The notes under the pieces were generated by a model. That model made no database searches, had not been told where the DNA came from, and saw nothing but the letters and a program-made list of their open reading frames with translations. Of a stretch of 64,000 bases of DNA, positions 29,200 to 37,687 are shown one piece after another. Position 1 is the stretch's first letter; each line of letters starts with the position of its first letter. Source of the DNA: Escherichia phage saus132. The position numbers and the translations under genes are program-made. The stretch lies in the sequence record NC_047884.1; one strand, written 5' to 3'.

Positions 29200-29493
29200 T
29201 TACATCATTTCATCCAAGTAAGAAGTATACTGGTATTTAGCTTCCCCAGTTTTATCTACTTCGACTTCTGTTCTAGGTACTTTTCGTACCAGACCGTGAA
29301 TCATCTTGTACTGAATAGACTTAGATGGTTCGTGATCTTTTGGAAAGACTTGTTTAACCGTTACTACTTTGAAGCCTTCACGAGGTGTTAATACAACAAC
29401 TTGATCACCTTCTTTAATTTTCCAGGACTCAGGAAATTCATAAGTGTAGCGTTGACCACCAGTTTGGAACACGACAGAAAGATAACGTTTCAT
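29200..29493 (-). CDS. hypothetical protein
   Basis: 97-aa ORF; promoter leader with GAGAGGG RBS. Confidence 0.5.
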   Translation of the reverse strand: MKRYLSVVFQTGGQRYTYEFPESWKIKEGDQVVVLTPREGFKVVTVKQVFPKDHEPSKSIQYKMIHGLVRKVPRTEVEVDKTGEAKYQYTSYLDEMM

Positions 29494-29567
29494 TTGGTTT
29501 CCCTCTCATTAATTTATATAAATATTATAACAAGAAATAAGAGAGAAGGCAAATGAATTTTTAAATT

Positions 29568-29642
29568 TGGTGCTCCCACCAGGAGTCGAACCCAGTTCAG
29601 ATGCTTACAAGGCAACTGCATCGCCAGCAATGCTTTAGGAGC
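29568..29642 (-). tRNA. tRNA-Thr (anticodon UGU)
   Basis: encoded CCA; acceptor GCTCCTA/TGGGAGC; anticodon loop CTTGTAA; T-loop TTCGACT. Confidence 0.6.
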
Positions 29643-29652
29643 AATAAACCCG

Positions 29653-29817
29653 TCATTTCAACGGGATTTCTTTTTCAAATACAGGAGACTTATCAGACAT
29701 TACTGTCATCGCCAACTGCTGAAGAAACTCGAAGGATAGTGCTAGGCGTTCGTCACCAAGCTCAATCTCTACACGTTTCTTTTGTTTGTCAACCTTTAGT
29801 TTCAGGTTATCAGCCAT
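29653..29817 (-). CDS. hypothetical small protein (54 aa)
   Basis: ATG ORF between tRNA genes; below track size cutoff. Confidence 0.3.
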   Translation of the reverse strand: MADNLKLKVDKQKKRVEIELGDERLALSFEFLQQLAMTVMSDKSPVFEKEIPLK

Positions 29818-30031
29818 CTTCGGATTCTAGTTGCTCGGCTACTGCTAGCCAGTCTGGTAAAAGAAACTTAGTACGAAACTCTTCATAAGGTTCTTCTGGA
29901 TAAAAGCTAAAATTTGCTTTCTCATCATTCAAGATAACAGAGCCGTCAGTTTGTTCGTATGCTAGGTATGTTTCTCCAATAACAATAACTCGTTTATTGT
30001 TACTTTTATCACGAAACTCAAAAACGTGCAT
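29810..30031 (-). CDS. hypothetical protein
   Basis: 73-aa ORF. Confidence 0.45.
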   Translation of the reverse strand: MHVFEFRDKSNNKRVIVIGETYLAYEQTDGSVILNDEKANFSFYPEEPYEEFRTKFLLPDWLAVAEQLESEDG

Positions 30032-30048
30032 AAATGTTTCCTTAAAGT

Positions 30049-30124
30049 TGGAGCGGCTAGAGGGAATCGAACCCTACTCAGCGGGGCTTGGAAGGCCTGC
30101 GGCACAACCCGTGTGCTTAACCGC
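30049..30124 (-). tRNA. tRNA-like gene, isotype uncertain (possibly Gly UCC); weak anticodon stem
   Basis: 76 nt; good acceptor and T-arm (TTCGATT) with CCA; only a 3-bp anticodon stem around loop CTTCCAA. Confidence 0.35.
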
Positions 30125-30132
30125 TTATTGTT

Positions 30133-30210
30133 TGGCAGGGGATATTGGATTTGAACCAATGATCTCGACTTCAAAGGCCGAAGCTTTAGGCCAAGCTAAG
30201 CTAATCCCCA
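30133..30210 (-). tRNA. tRNA-Gln (anticodon UUG)
   Basis: T-arm ATTGG-TTCAAAT-CCAAT; anticodon arm TCGGC-CTTTGAA-GTCGA; CCA encoded. Confidence 0.55.
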
Positions 30211-30216
30211 ATTGTT

Positions 30217-30292
30217 TGGCTGGAATGTCTAGGATCGAACTAGAAACCTACGGTGTCAGAAACCGTCGCTCTGCCAGTTGAGCTACACTCCA
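30217..30292 (-). tRNA. tRNA-Gln (anticodon CUG)
   Basis: T-arm TCTAG-TTCGATC-CTAGA; anticodon arm ACGGT-TTCTGAC-ACCGT; D-stem GCTC/GAGC. Confidence 0.6.
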
Positions 30293-30300
30293 ATAATTTT

Positions 30301-30501
30301 TTATTCTACAGGAACCGTGGCGATTGGATCAGGCTCTTCTAGACGTTTACCATTATGATCAACACGGATAATGCCACAACCTTCACAGATTACAACAGCA
30401 CCATAGCCTTCTTTAACTTCGGCTTCTGTAATCAGACCAGAAAGATCACCAGTATCTCTTCCCCACATATCAATAGAGCATTCTTTGCAGAAATCAGCCA
30501 T
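30301..30501 (-). CDS. small Cys-containing protein
   Basis: 66-aa ORF; CKEC...CEGC. Confidence 0.45.
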   Translation of the reverse strand: MADFCKECSIDMWGRDTGDLSGLITEAEVKEGYGAVVICEGCGIIRVDHNGKRLEEPDPIATVPVE

Positions 30502-30525
30502 ATTTTATTTCCTGTTTAAGTTAAT

Positions 30526-30600
30526 TGGTGCATCCTCAGGGAATCGAACCCCGATCGTAAAGTTCGTAGCTTTACATTCTTTCCGTTGAAATAAGGACGC
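30526..30600 (-). tRNA. tRNA-Arg (anticodon ACG)
   Basis: T-loop TTCGATT; anticodon arm TAAAG-CTACGAA-CTTTA; CCA encoded. Confidence 0.55.
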
Positions 30601-30606
30601 AATATT

Positions 30607-30683
30607 TGGGGTGGCTAGTGGAATTCGAATCCACATAGGCCTGATTCACAATCAGGATCATTAACCAATTATGATATAGCCAC
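30607..30683 (-). tRNA. tRNA-His (anticodon GUG)
   Basis: perfect acceptor GTGGCTA/TAGCCAC; T-arm GTGGA-TTCGAAT-TCCAC; anticodon loop TTGTGAA; discriminator C. Confidence 0.65.
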
Positions 30684-31063
30684 AATTGAATACTATTAGG
30701 GGATGATCAGTCCTCCATTTGGCCGTCTAAGGTACCAAAGTTAGTCATTCTGCGCACAGGTTTTTCTCCTGATTCTTTCTTGCGAATGCTCTCTAGTAAT
30801 ACTCAATTGTGGCGGCTCTCCGAAACTCTTCTACTCTAGCCTTAGCAGCTTACTCCCGAACGCATGTCGGGAAAGTCTTACTAAGAACATCAAATAGCAC
30901 CGTTACACTTTGAGCCATTGAATATCAAGAAGCAGAAGGACTTGAACCTTCATGAGATAGACCATTTATCTCAGCCTCGTTTTCGGGTATCTTATGAGGA
31001 GTGGATGTTCCCCTTACGCCCTTTAGGAAGCCCCGTCTACCGATTCCGGCATACTTCAAGATT

Positions 31064-31153
31064 TGGCAGAAGATAATGGAGTCGAACCATCACCGTATCA
31101 CTACAGCGGGCCGGTTTTCAAGACCGGTTACGTACCACTACGTCCTATCTTCT
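31064..31153 (-). tRNA. tRNA-Ser (anticodon UGA), long variable arm
   Basis: 90 nt; anticodon arm CCGGT-CTTGAAA-ACCGG; about 19-nt variable arm; perfect acceptor. Confidence 0.65.
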
Positions 31154-31380
31154 AGTATTTGTTCTACTTCTTTTCGAAGATCTTCTGGATTATCATGATA
31201 GGTTGTTTGCCATACATAAATAACTCCAGCATCACATGCTTTATCAAATATTTCTCGCTCAGGAAGTTTCATGCCCATTGCGTACTTGATATGAAACTCT
31301 AAAGCTTGCTTACTAGGGAATGTATGACGCAAGAAAAACTTATCATTAGCTAAATCCAACATCATAATCTTGACTTTCAT
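31138..31380 (-). CDS. hypothetical protein
   Basis: 80-aa ORF; 3' end overlaps tRNA-Ser 5' end. Confidence 0.45.
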   Translation of the reverse strand: MKVKIMMLDLANDKFFLRHTFPSKQALEFHIKYAMGMKLPEREIFDKACDAGVIYVWQTTYHDNPEDLRKEVEQILEDRT

Positions 31381-31401
31381 TTATATTCCCTATTAGTTGT
31401 T

Positions 31402-31477
31402 TGGTGGAAGAAGAGAGATTCGAACTCTCAAGCCTGCTTTAACAAGTCAGCCACTTTCCAAGCGGTTTTCGTCACCT
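31402..31477 (-). tRNA. tRNA-like remnant (canonical 3' half, 5' half does not pair)
   Basis: CCA, acceptor 3' strand and T-arm GAGAG-TTCGAAT-CTCTC present; Asn-like loop TTGTTAA with weak stem; no complementary 5' acceptor strand. Confidence 0.3.
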
Positions 31478-31653
31478 AATCGATTTGCTCTTCCGTAGAT
31501 CTCAGGATTAAATCATAAACTTCATTAGCGGATACTGGAAGTATGAGATTATACATCTTTTGGTCATACCTCTGACCATACTCTATAAACACATACTCTT
31601 TAGTCAATGTATTAACAGCTAACCAGATATCAGTTATAGGAGTTTTCATCATG
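31476..31653 (-). CDS. hypothetical small protein (59 aa)
   Basis: ATG ORF overlapping the 5' side of the tRNA-like element. Confidence 0.3.
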
Positions 31654-31668
31654 AGTTAATCCAATGTT

Positions 31669-31749
31669 TGGTAGGGATGGAGGGACTCGAACCCACACCC
31701 GAAGACTAGAACCTAAATCTAGCGCGTCTGCCAATTTCGCCACATCCCC
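31669..31749 (-). tRNA. tRNA-Leu (anticodon UAG)
   Basis: anticodon arm CTAGA-TTTAGGT-TCTAG; 9-nt variable region; CCA encoded. Confidence 0.5.
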
Positions 31750-31756
31750 ATTTTAT

Positions 31757-31975
31757 TTAGTTAGAAATAAATAGTAACCCTGCAACAATGGAACCTATGC
31801 CACTGAATACCATTATCAGCATAGCTTCTAAGCTGATAAAGCGGACGTTATATGGAGCGCCCCAAGAATAATCAGTAAAGAAAGTTTTCTTTTCTTTAGC
31901 TAAATCTTTAATAGTTCTAAAATAGATAGCTAGTGCTAAAGCTGCAAGAACTACAGAGGCTGCTAAGAATACCAT
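31757..31975 (-). CDS. small membrane protein
   Basis: 72 aa, two TM segments. Confidence 0.45.
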   Translation of the reverse strand: MVFLAASVVLAALALAIYFRTIKDLAKEKKTFFTDYSWGAPYNVRFISLEAMLIMVFSGIGSIVAGLLFISN

Positions 31976-31994
31976 ATTATTTCCTTAATTTGTT

Positions 31995-32070
31995 TGGTGG
32001 AGTCACTCAGAATTGAACTGAGTTCCACTGCTTGCAAGGCAGTAAGTTTAACCAAATAACCTATGACCCC
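31995..32070 (-). tRNA. tRNA-Ala (anticodon UGC)
   Basis: G3-U70 wobble in acceptor (GGGGTCA/TGACTCC); anticodon arm ACTGC-CTTGCAA-GCAGT; CCA encoded. Confidence 0.65.
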
Positions 32071-32075
32071 GAATT

Positions 32076-32154
32076 TGGTGGAGAATAACGGAATCGAACC
32101 GTTCTGATGTCCTCGGTGCAAGCGAGGTGTCCACTCCATGCAGACCCATTCCCC
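32076..32154 (-). tRNA. tRNA-Ala (anticodon UGC), second divergent copy
   Basis: G3-U70 in acceptor (GGGGAAT/ATTCTCC); anticodon arm CCTCG-CTTGCAC-CGAGG; 7-nt variable loop. Confidence 0.55.
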
Positions 32155-32509
32155 AAAATCTTTAAGTTTACTAAGGCTATTAGCTCGGTGTGCGTATTAC
32201 CCTCAGACATTATCCAGTAGAGGATAACCGCTCTTCACAAACCCGATACACTATTCAGTTGCCGCTGAATCTAGTGGACTAATCTAGAACTTCTCCCGAG
32301 TCGTAGGGATCGTGCTTTTTGGCAGCCAGTCCTAGGTCGAGCTAATACCTTAGTGAACTAAATTGATGGATATCAGACTAATTTTGCTACGGCGTTTATC
32401 CTGAGGATCTCTTTTTCGGTAGCTCTGCTAGTGTAGACGTCATACACCTGATATCTAGGCAGCTATTTTCACATCAATTTATATAAATATTATAACAAGA
32501 AATTAAGCA

Positions 32510-32863
32510 TTAAGCAAGTACATTTTTAGCGATTTCTTGTAGTTCCTTAACGTCGCTAACGAAAAGGTAATCAGAGCTTCCAGAGTGCATACTCTGCATA
32601 ACCACACCACCATCCGGTGCATCTTCTTTCAAAGTAATACCTAACCAGAACTTGGCAAAACTAGGTGTTACCTCACCTTGACTTGCCTTGAACACATCGC
32701 CTTCTGTGATCTCTTGACCAGTGGAGAGTCCCATGTATGGTACGTTCAGATCAATATCTTTGTAGAACTCAGCTAGATCTTGCTCGAAATCCCAACCTTT
32801 AGAGATAGCGAACTCCATTGTTACATGACCGAAATAGCCTTGAACCTTGCTTGATAATTGCAT
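32510..32863 (-). CDS. hypothetical protein
   Basis: start moved to ATG after AAGGA RBS (track start is TTG). Confidence 0.5.
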   Translation of the reverse strand: MQLSSKVQGYFGHVTMEFAISKGWDFEQDLAEFYKDIDLNVPYMGLSTGQEITEGDVFKASQGEVTPSFAKFWLGITLKEDAPDGGVVMQSMHSGSSDYLFVSDVKELQEIAKNVLA

Positions 32864-32888
32864 TTGCAATTCCTTATTTTGAGTTAAT

Positions 32889-32962
32889 TGGTACTCGGTG
32901 ATAGAATCGAACTATCGCAACCGCCGTGTAAAGACGGGGTTCTCCCATTAAACTAACCGAGC
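32889..32962 (-). tRNA. tRNA-Val (anticodon UAC)
   Basis: T-arm GATAG-TTCGATT-CTATC; anticodon loop TTTACAC. Confidence 0.55.
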
Positions 32963-33095
32963 AAAAGACGTCCTATAATATAGGCTTCAACTACAAATTC
33001 ACAGAAACCTGCTAAAAACATACCTATTGTAAAATCGGCAGAGAATACATAGGAATCTTTTATTTTCTGCTTCATTAAGTAAAACCAGATAGTCA

Positions 33096-33413
33096 TTAAA
33101 ATCTCTCCATTCTAAAGCCAATGAAGTAAGGTGCATTACATGGAACATGCTTAAGATCTTTAAGAGTAATTTTACGTCCTAAGCGTCGTTCCATACAAGT
33201 GAAACATAGAACAATATCTTTGGGCTGCTCTTTTCTTATCTGATCCCAGACCCAATCTTCAACCATACACATTTCATGGTATTGTTCACAGTCTCGACAA
33301 TAGTGACACTGATGTTCTGGTACTTTTTGATTTTTAATACACAGTTCAGTAAAGCGTTTTCCGGCTCTGCCAGACATTTCTGATATTGTTTCTAGAACTT
33401 TGTTAATATTCAT
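33096..33413 (-). CDS. Cys-rich zinc-finger-like protein
   Basis: 105 aa; HQCHYCRDCEQYHEMC and CFTC motifs. Confidence 0.5.
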   Translation of the reverse strand: MNINKVLETISEMSGRAGKRFTELCIKNQKVPEHQCHYCRDCEQYHEMCMVEDWVWDQIRKEQPKDIVLCFTCMERRLGRKITLKDLKHVPCNAPYFIGFRMERF

Positions 33414-33430
33414 AACAAATTCCTTTAAAT

Positions 33431-33509
33431 TGGTAGACCGCCTGGGACTCGAACCCAGAACCTTCCGGTTAAAAGCCGGGTGCTGCTAAACCAATTGAGC
33501 TAGCGATCT
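33431..33509 (-). tRNA. tRNA-Lys (anticodon UUU)
   Basis: T-arm CTGGG-TTCGAGT-CCCAG; anticodon loop CTTTTAA. Confidence 0.55.
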
Positions 33510-33511
33510 AT

Positions 33512-33676
33512 TTAGTACATATATACTTCTTTAATAGAGTAGACTTTTAAGTAAGGATGATTAATACCAAATTCCGCCATCACTTCGTTTTCATCTTTAC
33601 CGTAATGGGCTAGTGGATACTTCTTACGATCTTTGCTAGAACGTAGATCACTTACTTTTAAGCGAAATAATTTCAT
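33512..33676 (-). CDS. hypothetical small protein (54 aa)
   Basis: ATG ORF between two tRNA genes. Confidence 0.3.
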   Translation of the reverse strand: MKLFRLKVSDLRSSKDRKKYPLAHYGKDENEVMAEFGINHPYLKVYSIKEVYMY

Positions 33677-33697
33677 TTCGAAATCCTTCTATTAAAT

Positions 33698-33775
33698 TGG
33701 AAGCGGGTGTAGGAATCGAACCTACCTCTTTCTAGCTTATGAGACTAGCGATCTCTACCAGAGATCTAACCCGCA
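33698..33775 (-). tRNA. tRNA-Met-type (anticodon CAU), mismatched 1-72 pair
   Basis: anticodon arm CTAGT-CTCATAA-GCTAG; T-loop TTCGATT; U1/U72 mismatch. Confidence 0.55.
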
Positions 33776-33781
33776 ATTGTT

Positions 33782-33859
33782 TGGTCTCCGTGGGAGGATT
33801 TGAACCCCCGACCCTACCGCCCCAAACGGAACGCTCTGGCCAAACTGAGCTACACGGAG
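33782..33859 (-). tRNA. tRNA-Pro (anticodon UGG)
   Basis: perfect acceptor CTCCGTG/CACGGAG; anticodon loop TTTGGGG; D-stem GCTC/GAGC. Confidence 0.6.
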
Positions 33860-34336
33860 AATATTATCTTTTTAACCATAGTAAGGTTATACCTAACATG
33901 GTAAATCCAGTACCCAGCCCAATACTTTTTTCTATGAAATTGAAGGTATCAGTATTGACTGCGGTAATTAGTATAGGTATAGACCATAGTACCATGAATA
34001 CTTGAGCTATCTTATATTTCACTTTGCTTTCCTTCTTAACATTTTATAAGATATATTATACAGAGAATTAAGCAAAGTAGCAAATGAATTTTTAATAAAT
34101 TTACTTATTGCGTAGGCCACCTGGAGGGTTCAAGCCCCACGGCTGACAAAGAAGTTTGCGAGACTTCTCTTAAACGCCAGAATAGACCCGCCGATCTATC
34201 GGAACCTACTCAATAAGTAAACTTTCATTTACTTACACCTACCTGGTCGGGAGGATTTTCAGCGACTAGAACCGGCCGGAAACTCATCGCCTTGTTTATC
34301 TAGGAGTCCGTTCTCTAGGAAGCAGAAACCTAAATT

Positions 34337-34410
34337 TGGTGCGGTCGGAGGGAATCGAACCCTCAACTTCTGGTTGGCAACCAAAAATTATACCTTTTAA
34401 CTACGAACGC
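34337..34410 (-). tRNA. tRNA-Gly (anticodon GCC)
   Basis: T-arm GAGGG-TTCGATT-CCCTC; anticodon arm TTTGG-TTGCCAA-CCAGA. Confidence 0.6.
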
Positions 34411-34608
34411 ATAATAAGTCAATCTAGGCAGGACTTGAACCTGCTATCACTTGTGCGGATTTACGAGAACCATTCTTTCACTCGAATCGAACGAGCTTCT
34501 ACCCTCGGCAAGCTGGTGTCCCCTCTCCACCACGCTAGAATGTTTGATAAAGAGTCCGGTGTAGCAATCCGTAAGGGTGCACCTACTGTAGCCTTTACTC
34601 TTTAAATT

Positions 34609-34684
34609 TGGTACACCCACTAGGACTTGAACCTAGAACCCTCCGCTTAAGAGGCGGTAGCTCTAACCATTGAGCTATGGATGT
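34609..34684 (-). tRNA. tRNA-Lys (anticodon CUU)
   Basis: T-arm CTAGG-TTCAAGT-CCTAG; anticodon loop CTCTTAA; D-stem GCTC/GAGC. Confidence 0.55.
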
Positions 34685-34690
34685 ATTATT

Positions 34691-34767
34691 TGGCGCGACC
34701 GATGGGATTCGAACCCACATTCTCTCCCGTGACAGGGGAGTACCATTACCAAGCCAGCCCCGATCGC
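34691..34767 (-). tRNA. tRNA-Asp (anticodon GUC)
   Basis: anticodon arm CTCCC-CTGTCAC-GGGAG; discriminator G; CCA encoded. Confidence 0.6.
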
Positions 34768-34776
34768 ATAATTTGT

Positions 34777-34962
34777 TTACTCAGCTTTGAGTTTTTCGAT
34801 AGCTTCCTCAACCTCTTTTAGAGCTTCACGACGTGCATTCTGTTGCTGCATATCTTGAATTAATGTCAGTTTTTGGTTTTCAATTTCTTGATCCCAAACC
34901 TTAATATTATTAATCAGACTATCACGATCAGCTTCTAGTCGAGCAATTGCACGAGTTGTCAT
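34777..34962 (-). CDS. hypothetical coiled-coil protein
   Basis: 61-aa ORF. Confidence 0.4.
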   Translation of the reverse strand: MTTRAIARLEADRDSLINNIKVWDQEIENQKLTLIQDMQQQNARREALKEVEEAIEKLKAE

Positions 34963-35065
34963 ATCTATTTCCTCAGTTGTTAATGAAAAATGGTATCTGT
35001 GACTGAATTCGATATCAGCAATGATAGCTGGTTGGCTACCGGTTTACTTAACTCTACACAGAATT

Positions 35066-35143
35066 TGGCGGTTCCTGCTGGATTCGAACCAGCAACCCTC
35101 AACTTAACAAGATGCCGCTCTAACCAATTAGAGCTAAGGAACC
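35066..35143 (-). tRNA. tRNA-Asn (anticodon GUU), weak anticodon stem
   Basis: perfect acceptor GGTTCCT/AGGAACC; T-arm GCTGG-TTCGAAT-CCAGC; loop TTGTTAA; two stem mismatches. Confidence 0.5.
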
Positions 35144-35638
35144 ATATAAGTCAGAACTAGAGTTAATACGTTCTAGATATTTACTAAGATCCCTAGAATT
35201 TATACTAAACCACTCATGTTCTTTTAAGTCTTTGAAATATTGGTGAATTTGTTTTTCACCTTTTCGTTTGTCAAACCAAAACGACCAATGCTCTAGTTTA
35301 TAGTCCCTATAAGGACTATAAGTTTGATACTGAGCTAATCTCTCTTTTGGATTTTGACTCATACCTATTTTATACTGGTTTTTCCATGCAGGATTACTGA
35401 TACAGTATACAAAACCTTCAGAAATAGGAAGCTTATTTTCCTGTTTAAACTTTATAAAGGAAAGTGCGGCAAGTTTCCTCGAATACAGAGTATTTGTATT
35501 CTTTTTGGTATTACCACTGGTTCCTGAAAGATTTATATACTCTTCCATAAATCTTTGGATTAGTTCTGTGGTTATGTAGAAAGGCTCATTAGTAACAATG
35601 CCTTTCTCTACCAAGCTGTCAAAAACTTTTGTATGCAC
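35120..35638 (-). CDS. T5orf172/GIY-YIG-like domain protein
   Basis: 172 aa; GFVYCISNP...YKIGMSQNPKERLAQY resembles the T5orf172 core. Confidence 0.5.
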   Translation of the reverse strand: MHTKVFDSLVEKGIVTNEPFYITTELIQRFMEEYINLSGTSGNTKKNTNTLYSRKLAALSFIKFKQENKLPISEGFVYCISNPAWKNQYKIGMSQNPKERLAQYQTYSPYRDYKLEHWSFWFDKRKGEKQIHQYFKDLKEHEWFSINSRDLSKYLERINSSSDLYGSLALIG

Positions 35639-35659
35639 TACTTCTTTCCTTTAGTAATT

Positions 35660-35734
35660 TGGAGCATCCTGTTGGAATTGAACCAACCTAGACGATTTTG
35701 CAGACCGTCACCTAAGCCACTCGGACAAGGATGC
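35660..35734 (-). tRNA. tRNA-Cys (anticodon GCA)
   Basis: perfect acceptor GCATCCT/AGGATGC; anticodon loop CTGCAAA; T-loop TTCAATT. Confidence 0.65.
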
Positions 35735-35737
35735 AAA

Positions 35738-36010
35738 TTAATCTACTTCACACATATCATCATAGCCACAAGTTGGGCATTCCCAATGACATTCGTCATG
35801 CTCACCGCATTGAGCACATTCATAAATCTTTGGCTTTTCAACTTCTTCTAGATTAATAAATTCTAGATCATCGAAGTTACCAATGGATCTGGCATAGTAA
35901 CCATCGCCTGCGTCATAACCTGATTTACCACACTCACACATCTTAAACTCACGCAGATGTGTGAAGATATGTTCAGAGCCACAACACTTAAATTTAACTA
36001 ACTTTTTCAT
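35738..36010 (-). CDS. zinc-ribbon protein
   Basis: 90 aa; several CxxC pairs. Confidence 0.5.
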   Translation of the reverse strand: MKKLVKFKCCGSEHIFTHLREFKMCECGKSGYDAGDGYYARSIGNFDDLEFINLEEVEKPKIYECAQCGEHDECHWECPTCGYDDMCEVD

Positions 36011-36059
36011 TTGCTTCTCCAGTTCAATTTATGTAATAATTATACAGAACTTTAAGCGG

Positions 36060-36347
36060 TTAAGCAACTACATTTTTCAGAAATATGATGCCTTTCTTTT
36101 TCTTCTTATACTTCCACGTTAACGGGTTCTGTCGATTATGAACGCTTGAGATCTTTGTCTCGTCAAAGTTCTTCAATACCATGTAATCACAGGCCAACTG
36201 TTCTAGTGGAATGTGATCTCCGTCAAAAGCGTAAACGTAAGGCTGTTGACTGGCACGATAATGATAGACTTTGTTAATTCTGCGTTTCAGTGACTTATCC
36301 GCACAGTAAATAAAGAAGTTTTCAGGATGCATCAGCATCTCCTTCAA
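36060..36347 (-). CDS. hypothetical protein
   Basis: 95-aa ORF; track start is TTG, a likelier ATG lies 9 nt in. Confidence 0.45.
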   Translation of the reverse strand: MKEMLMHPENFFIYCADKSLKRRINKVYHYRASQQPYVYAFDGDHIPLEQLACDYMVLKNFDETKISSVHNRQNPLTWKYKKKKKGIIFLKNVVA

Positions 36348-36349
36348 AT

Positions 36350-36424
36350 TGGTGCACCCTGTTCGAATTGAACGAACCTCTCAAGCTCTTCAGGCAAGCG
36401 CTAATCCATCTCAGCTAAAGGTGC
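36350..36424 (-). tRNA. tRNA-Phe (anticodon GAA), anticodon stem with two U-U mismatches
   Basis: T-arm GTTCG-TTCAATT-CGAAC; loop CTGAAGA; CCA encoded. Confidence 0.45.
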
Positions 36425-36430
36425 AAATAT

Positions 36431-36507
36431 TGGCAAACCTACTAGGACTCGAACCTAGACCGTACGGTTTTGGAGACCGACATGCTGTCCAGTAACACTC
36501 TAGGAAT
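36431..36507 (-). tRNA. tRNA-Trp (anticodon CCA)
   Basis: T-arm CTAGG-TTCGAGT-CCTAG; anticodon arm TCGGT-CTCCAAA-ACCGT; two U-U mismatches in acceptor. Confidence 0.5.
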
Positions 36508-36515
36508 GCAGAAAT

Positions 36516-36592
36516 TGGCGTCCTGTGCGGGGATCGAACCCGCAAATCCTACCTTGAAAGGGTAGTGACTTTACCAGTTTGTCTAACAGGAC
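36516..36592 (-). tRNA. tRNA-Glu (anticodon UUC)
   Basis: perfect acceptor; T-arm GCGGG-TTCGATC-CCCGC; anticodon arm CTACC-CTTTCAA-GGTAG. Confidence 0.65.
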
Positions 36593-36599
36593 TTAAATT

Positions 36600-36690
36600 T
36601 GGTGTTGGATGATGGAGTCGAACCACCCGAGACCCTTCCGAGTCGGCAGATTTACAGTCTACTTCGCTACCTCTACGATACTAATCCAAC
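36600..36690 (-). tRNA. tRNA-Tyr (anticodon GUA), long variable arm
   Basis: 91 nt; perfect acceptor GTTGGAT/ATCCAAC; anticodon loop CTGTAAA; about 18-nt variable arm. Confidence 0.6.
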
Positions 36691-36879
36691 ATATTTGAAT
36701 GAAAAGTAAGTCGGTTAAACTCAAGGTGGAATATTTCAGGATTTCCTGACTTTACCCCTAAAAGCAACTCGCTTAATTACTTCTCATTCAGATATGTTTC
36801 CAAATTAGATAAATATTATATCAAGTTTTAAGGCACTGAGCAAGTCAAATTTTAAAGAACTTGCTCAGTGCTGTATCAG

Positions 36880-37173
36880 TTAATCAAATGAAGGAGTGAC
36901 TTTCAAAGTGAATGGAAGTTCGAATACCTCTTCACCTTCATCAGTAACAGTGACTACTCGACCCTCTAGCTTATTCATGCTGATTTCAACATCAGCCGTA
37001 GCATCAGGAGCCATACCAGCCTCAATACATTGAGCTTTGATCTCTGGAAGAAGTTCTACATTGTAGAAATAAAGCCACTCGATCTCACCTTCCCAACCAC
37101 CCCAGGATTTACATACTGAGCTTTCAATACCAGTTGCTGCAAAACGTTTTAACATTCTGATTCCTCTCATCAA
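36880..37173 (-). CDS. hypothetical protein
   Basis: 97-aa ORF. Confidence 0.45.
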   Translation of the reverse strand: MMRGIRMLKRFAATGIESSVCKSWGGWEGEIEWLYFYNVELLPEIKAQCIEAGMAPDATADVEISMNKLEGRVVTVTDEGEEVFELPFTLKVTPSFD

Positions 37174-37244
37174 CTTATATAACTATTATAGCAGAAATCT
37201 TAAGCAAAAAGCAAGTACATTTTTAAAATTTCTGCTTGGAGGAG

Positions 37245-37517
37245 TTAAACTCCTGATTCTTCAGCCAGATCAAGCCCAACCAATGTGATTGCCATAATAG
37301 CCGCGCCATGTTCTTTCTCTCCTAGCTCTTTGGCTTGAGTGAGAATATTGAGGAATTGCTTTTGAAAATCTGCAACTTCTTCTGTCATGCCTGCTTCAGC
37401 AATAATTCCTTTCAGCATAAAGCGTTGTGCCGTAATTTCAGGATTAGCCATTTGTTTTCTCCAGTTATTTAGAATGTAAGCCAAACTTAGGATCATAGCG
37501 ATCGTAAGTAGTACCAT
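37245..37517 (-). CDS. hypothetical protein
   Basis: 90-aa ORF. Confidence 0.45.
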   Translation of the reverse strand: MVLLTIAMILSLAYILNNWRKQMANPEITAQRFMLKGIIAEAGMTEEVADFQKQFLNILTQAKELGEKEHGAAIMAITLVGLDLAEESGV

Positions 37518-37602
37518 TAGTTGAAGCCTTGATGCTATGAAAACGACAATACATAAATTTACGCAGTGCTTTCTTAATAGCTTTCATTTTATTTCCTTAA
37601 TT

Positions 37603-37679
37603 TGGTAGGGGTGGTGGGATTCGAACCCACAAAACCTGAATTTTAAGTCCAGTACCTATGCCAATTCGATTACACCCCC
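37603..37679 (-). tRNA. tRNA-Leu (anticodon UAA), short variable loop
   Basis: T-arm GTGGG-TTCGAAT-CCCAC; anticodon loop CTTAAAA; 77 nt. Confidence 0.45.
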
Positions 37680-37687
37680 ATGTAATC

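Noticed and set aside
30928-31000. Possible additional tRNA at the T-arm-like hairpin GAAGG-ACTTGAA-CCTTC
   Set aside because: No complementary acceptor strands and no canonical anticodon arm; kept only as part of a non-coding gap.
30690-31060. tmRNA-like gene in the non-coding gap
   Set aside because: I could not identify a tag reading frame or the paired 5'/3' acceptor ends by eye; left as unclassified.
34120-34150. Plus-strand tRNA suggested by GGGTTCAAGCC
   Set aside because: No matching 5' acceptor strand or D-arm upstream.
28835-34605. Track ORFs overlapping tRNA genes (28835-29110, 28848-29072, 29601-29888, 29997-30281, 31001-31198, 33739-34005, 34336-34605)
   Set aside because: Their translations simply read through cloverleaf tRNA sequences on one or the other strand; tRNA structure explains the open frames.
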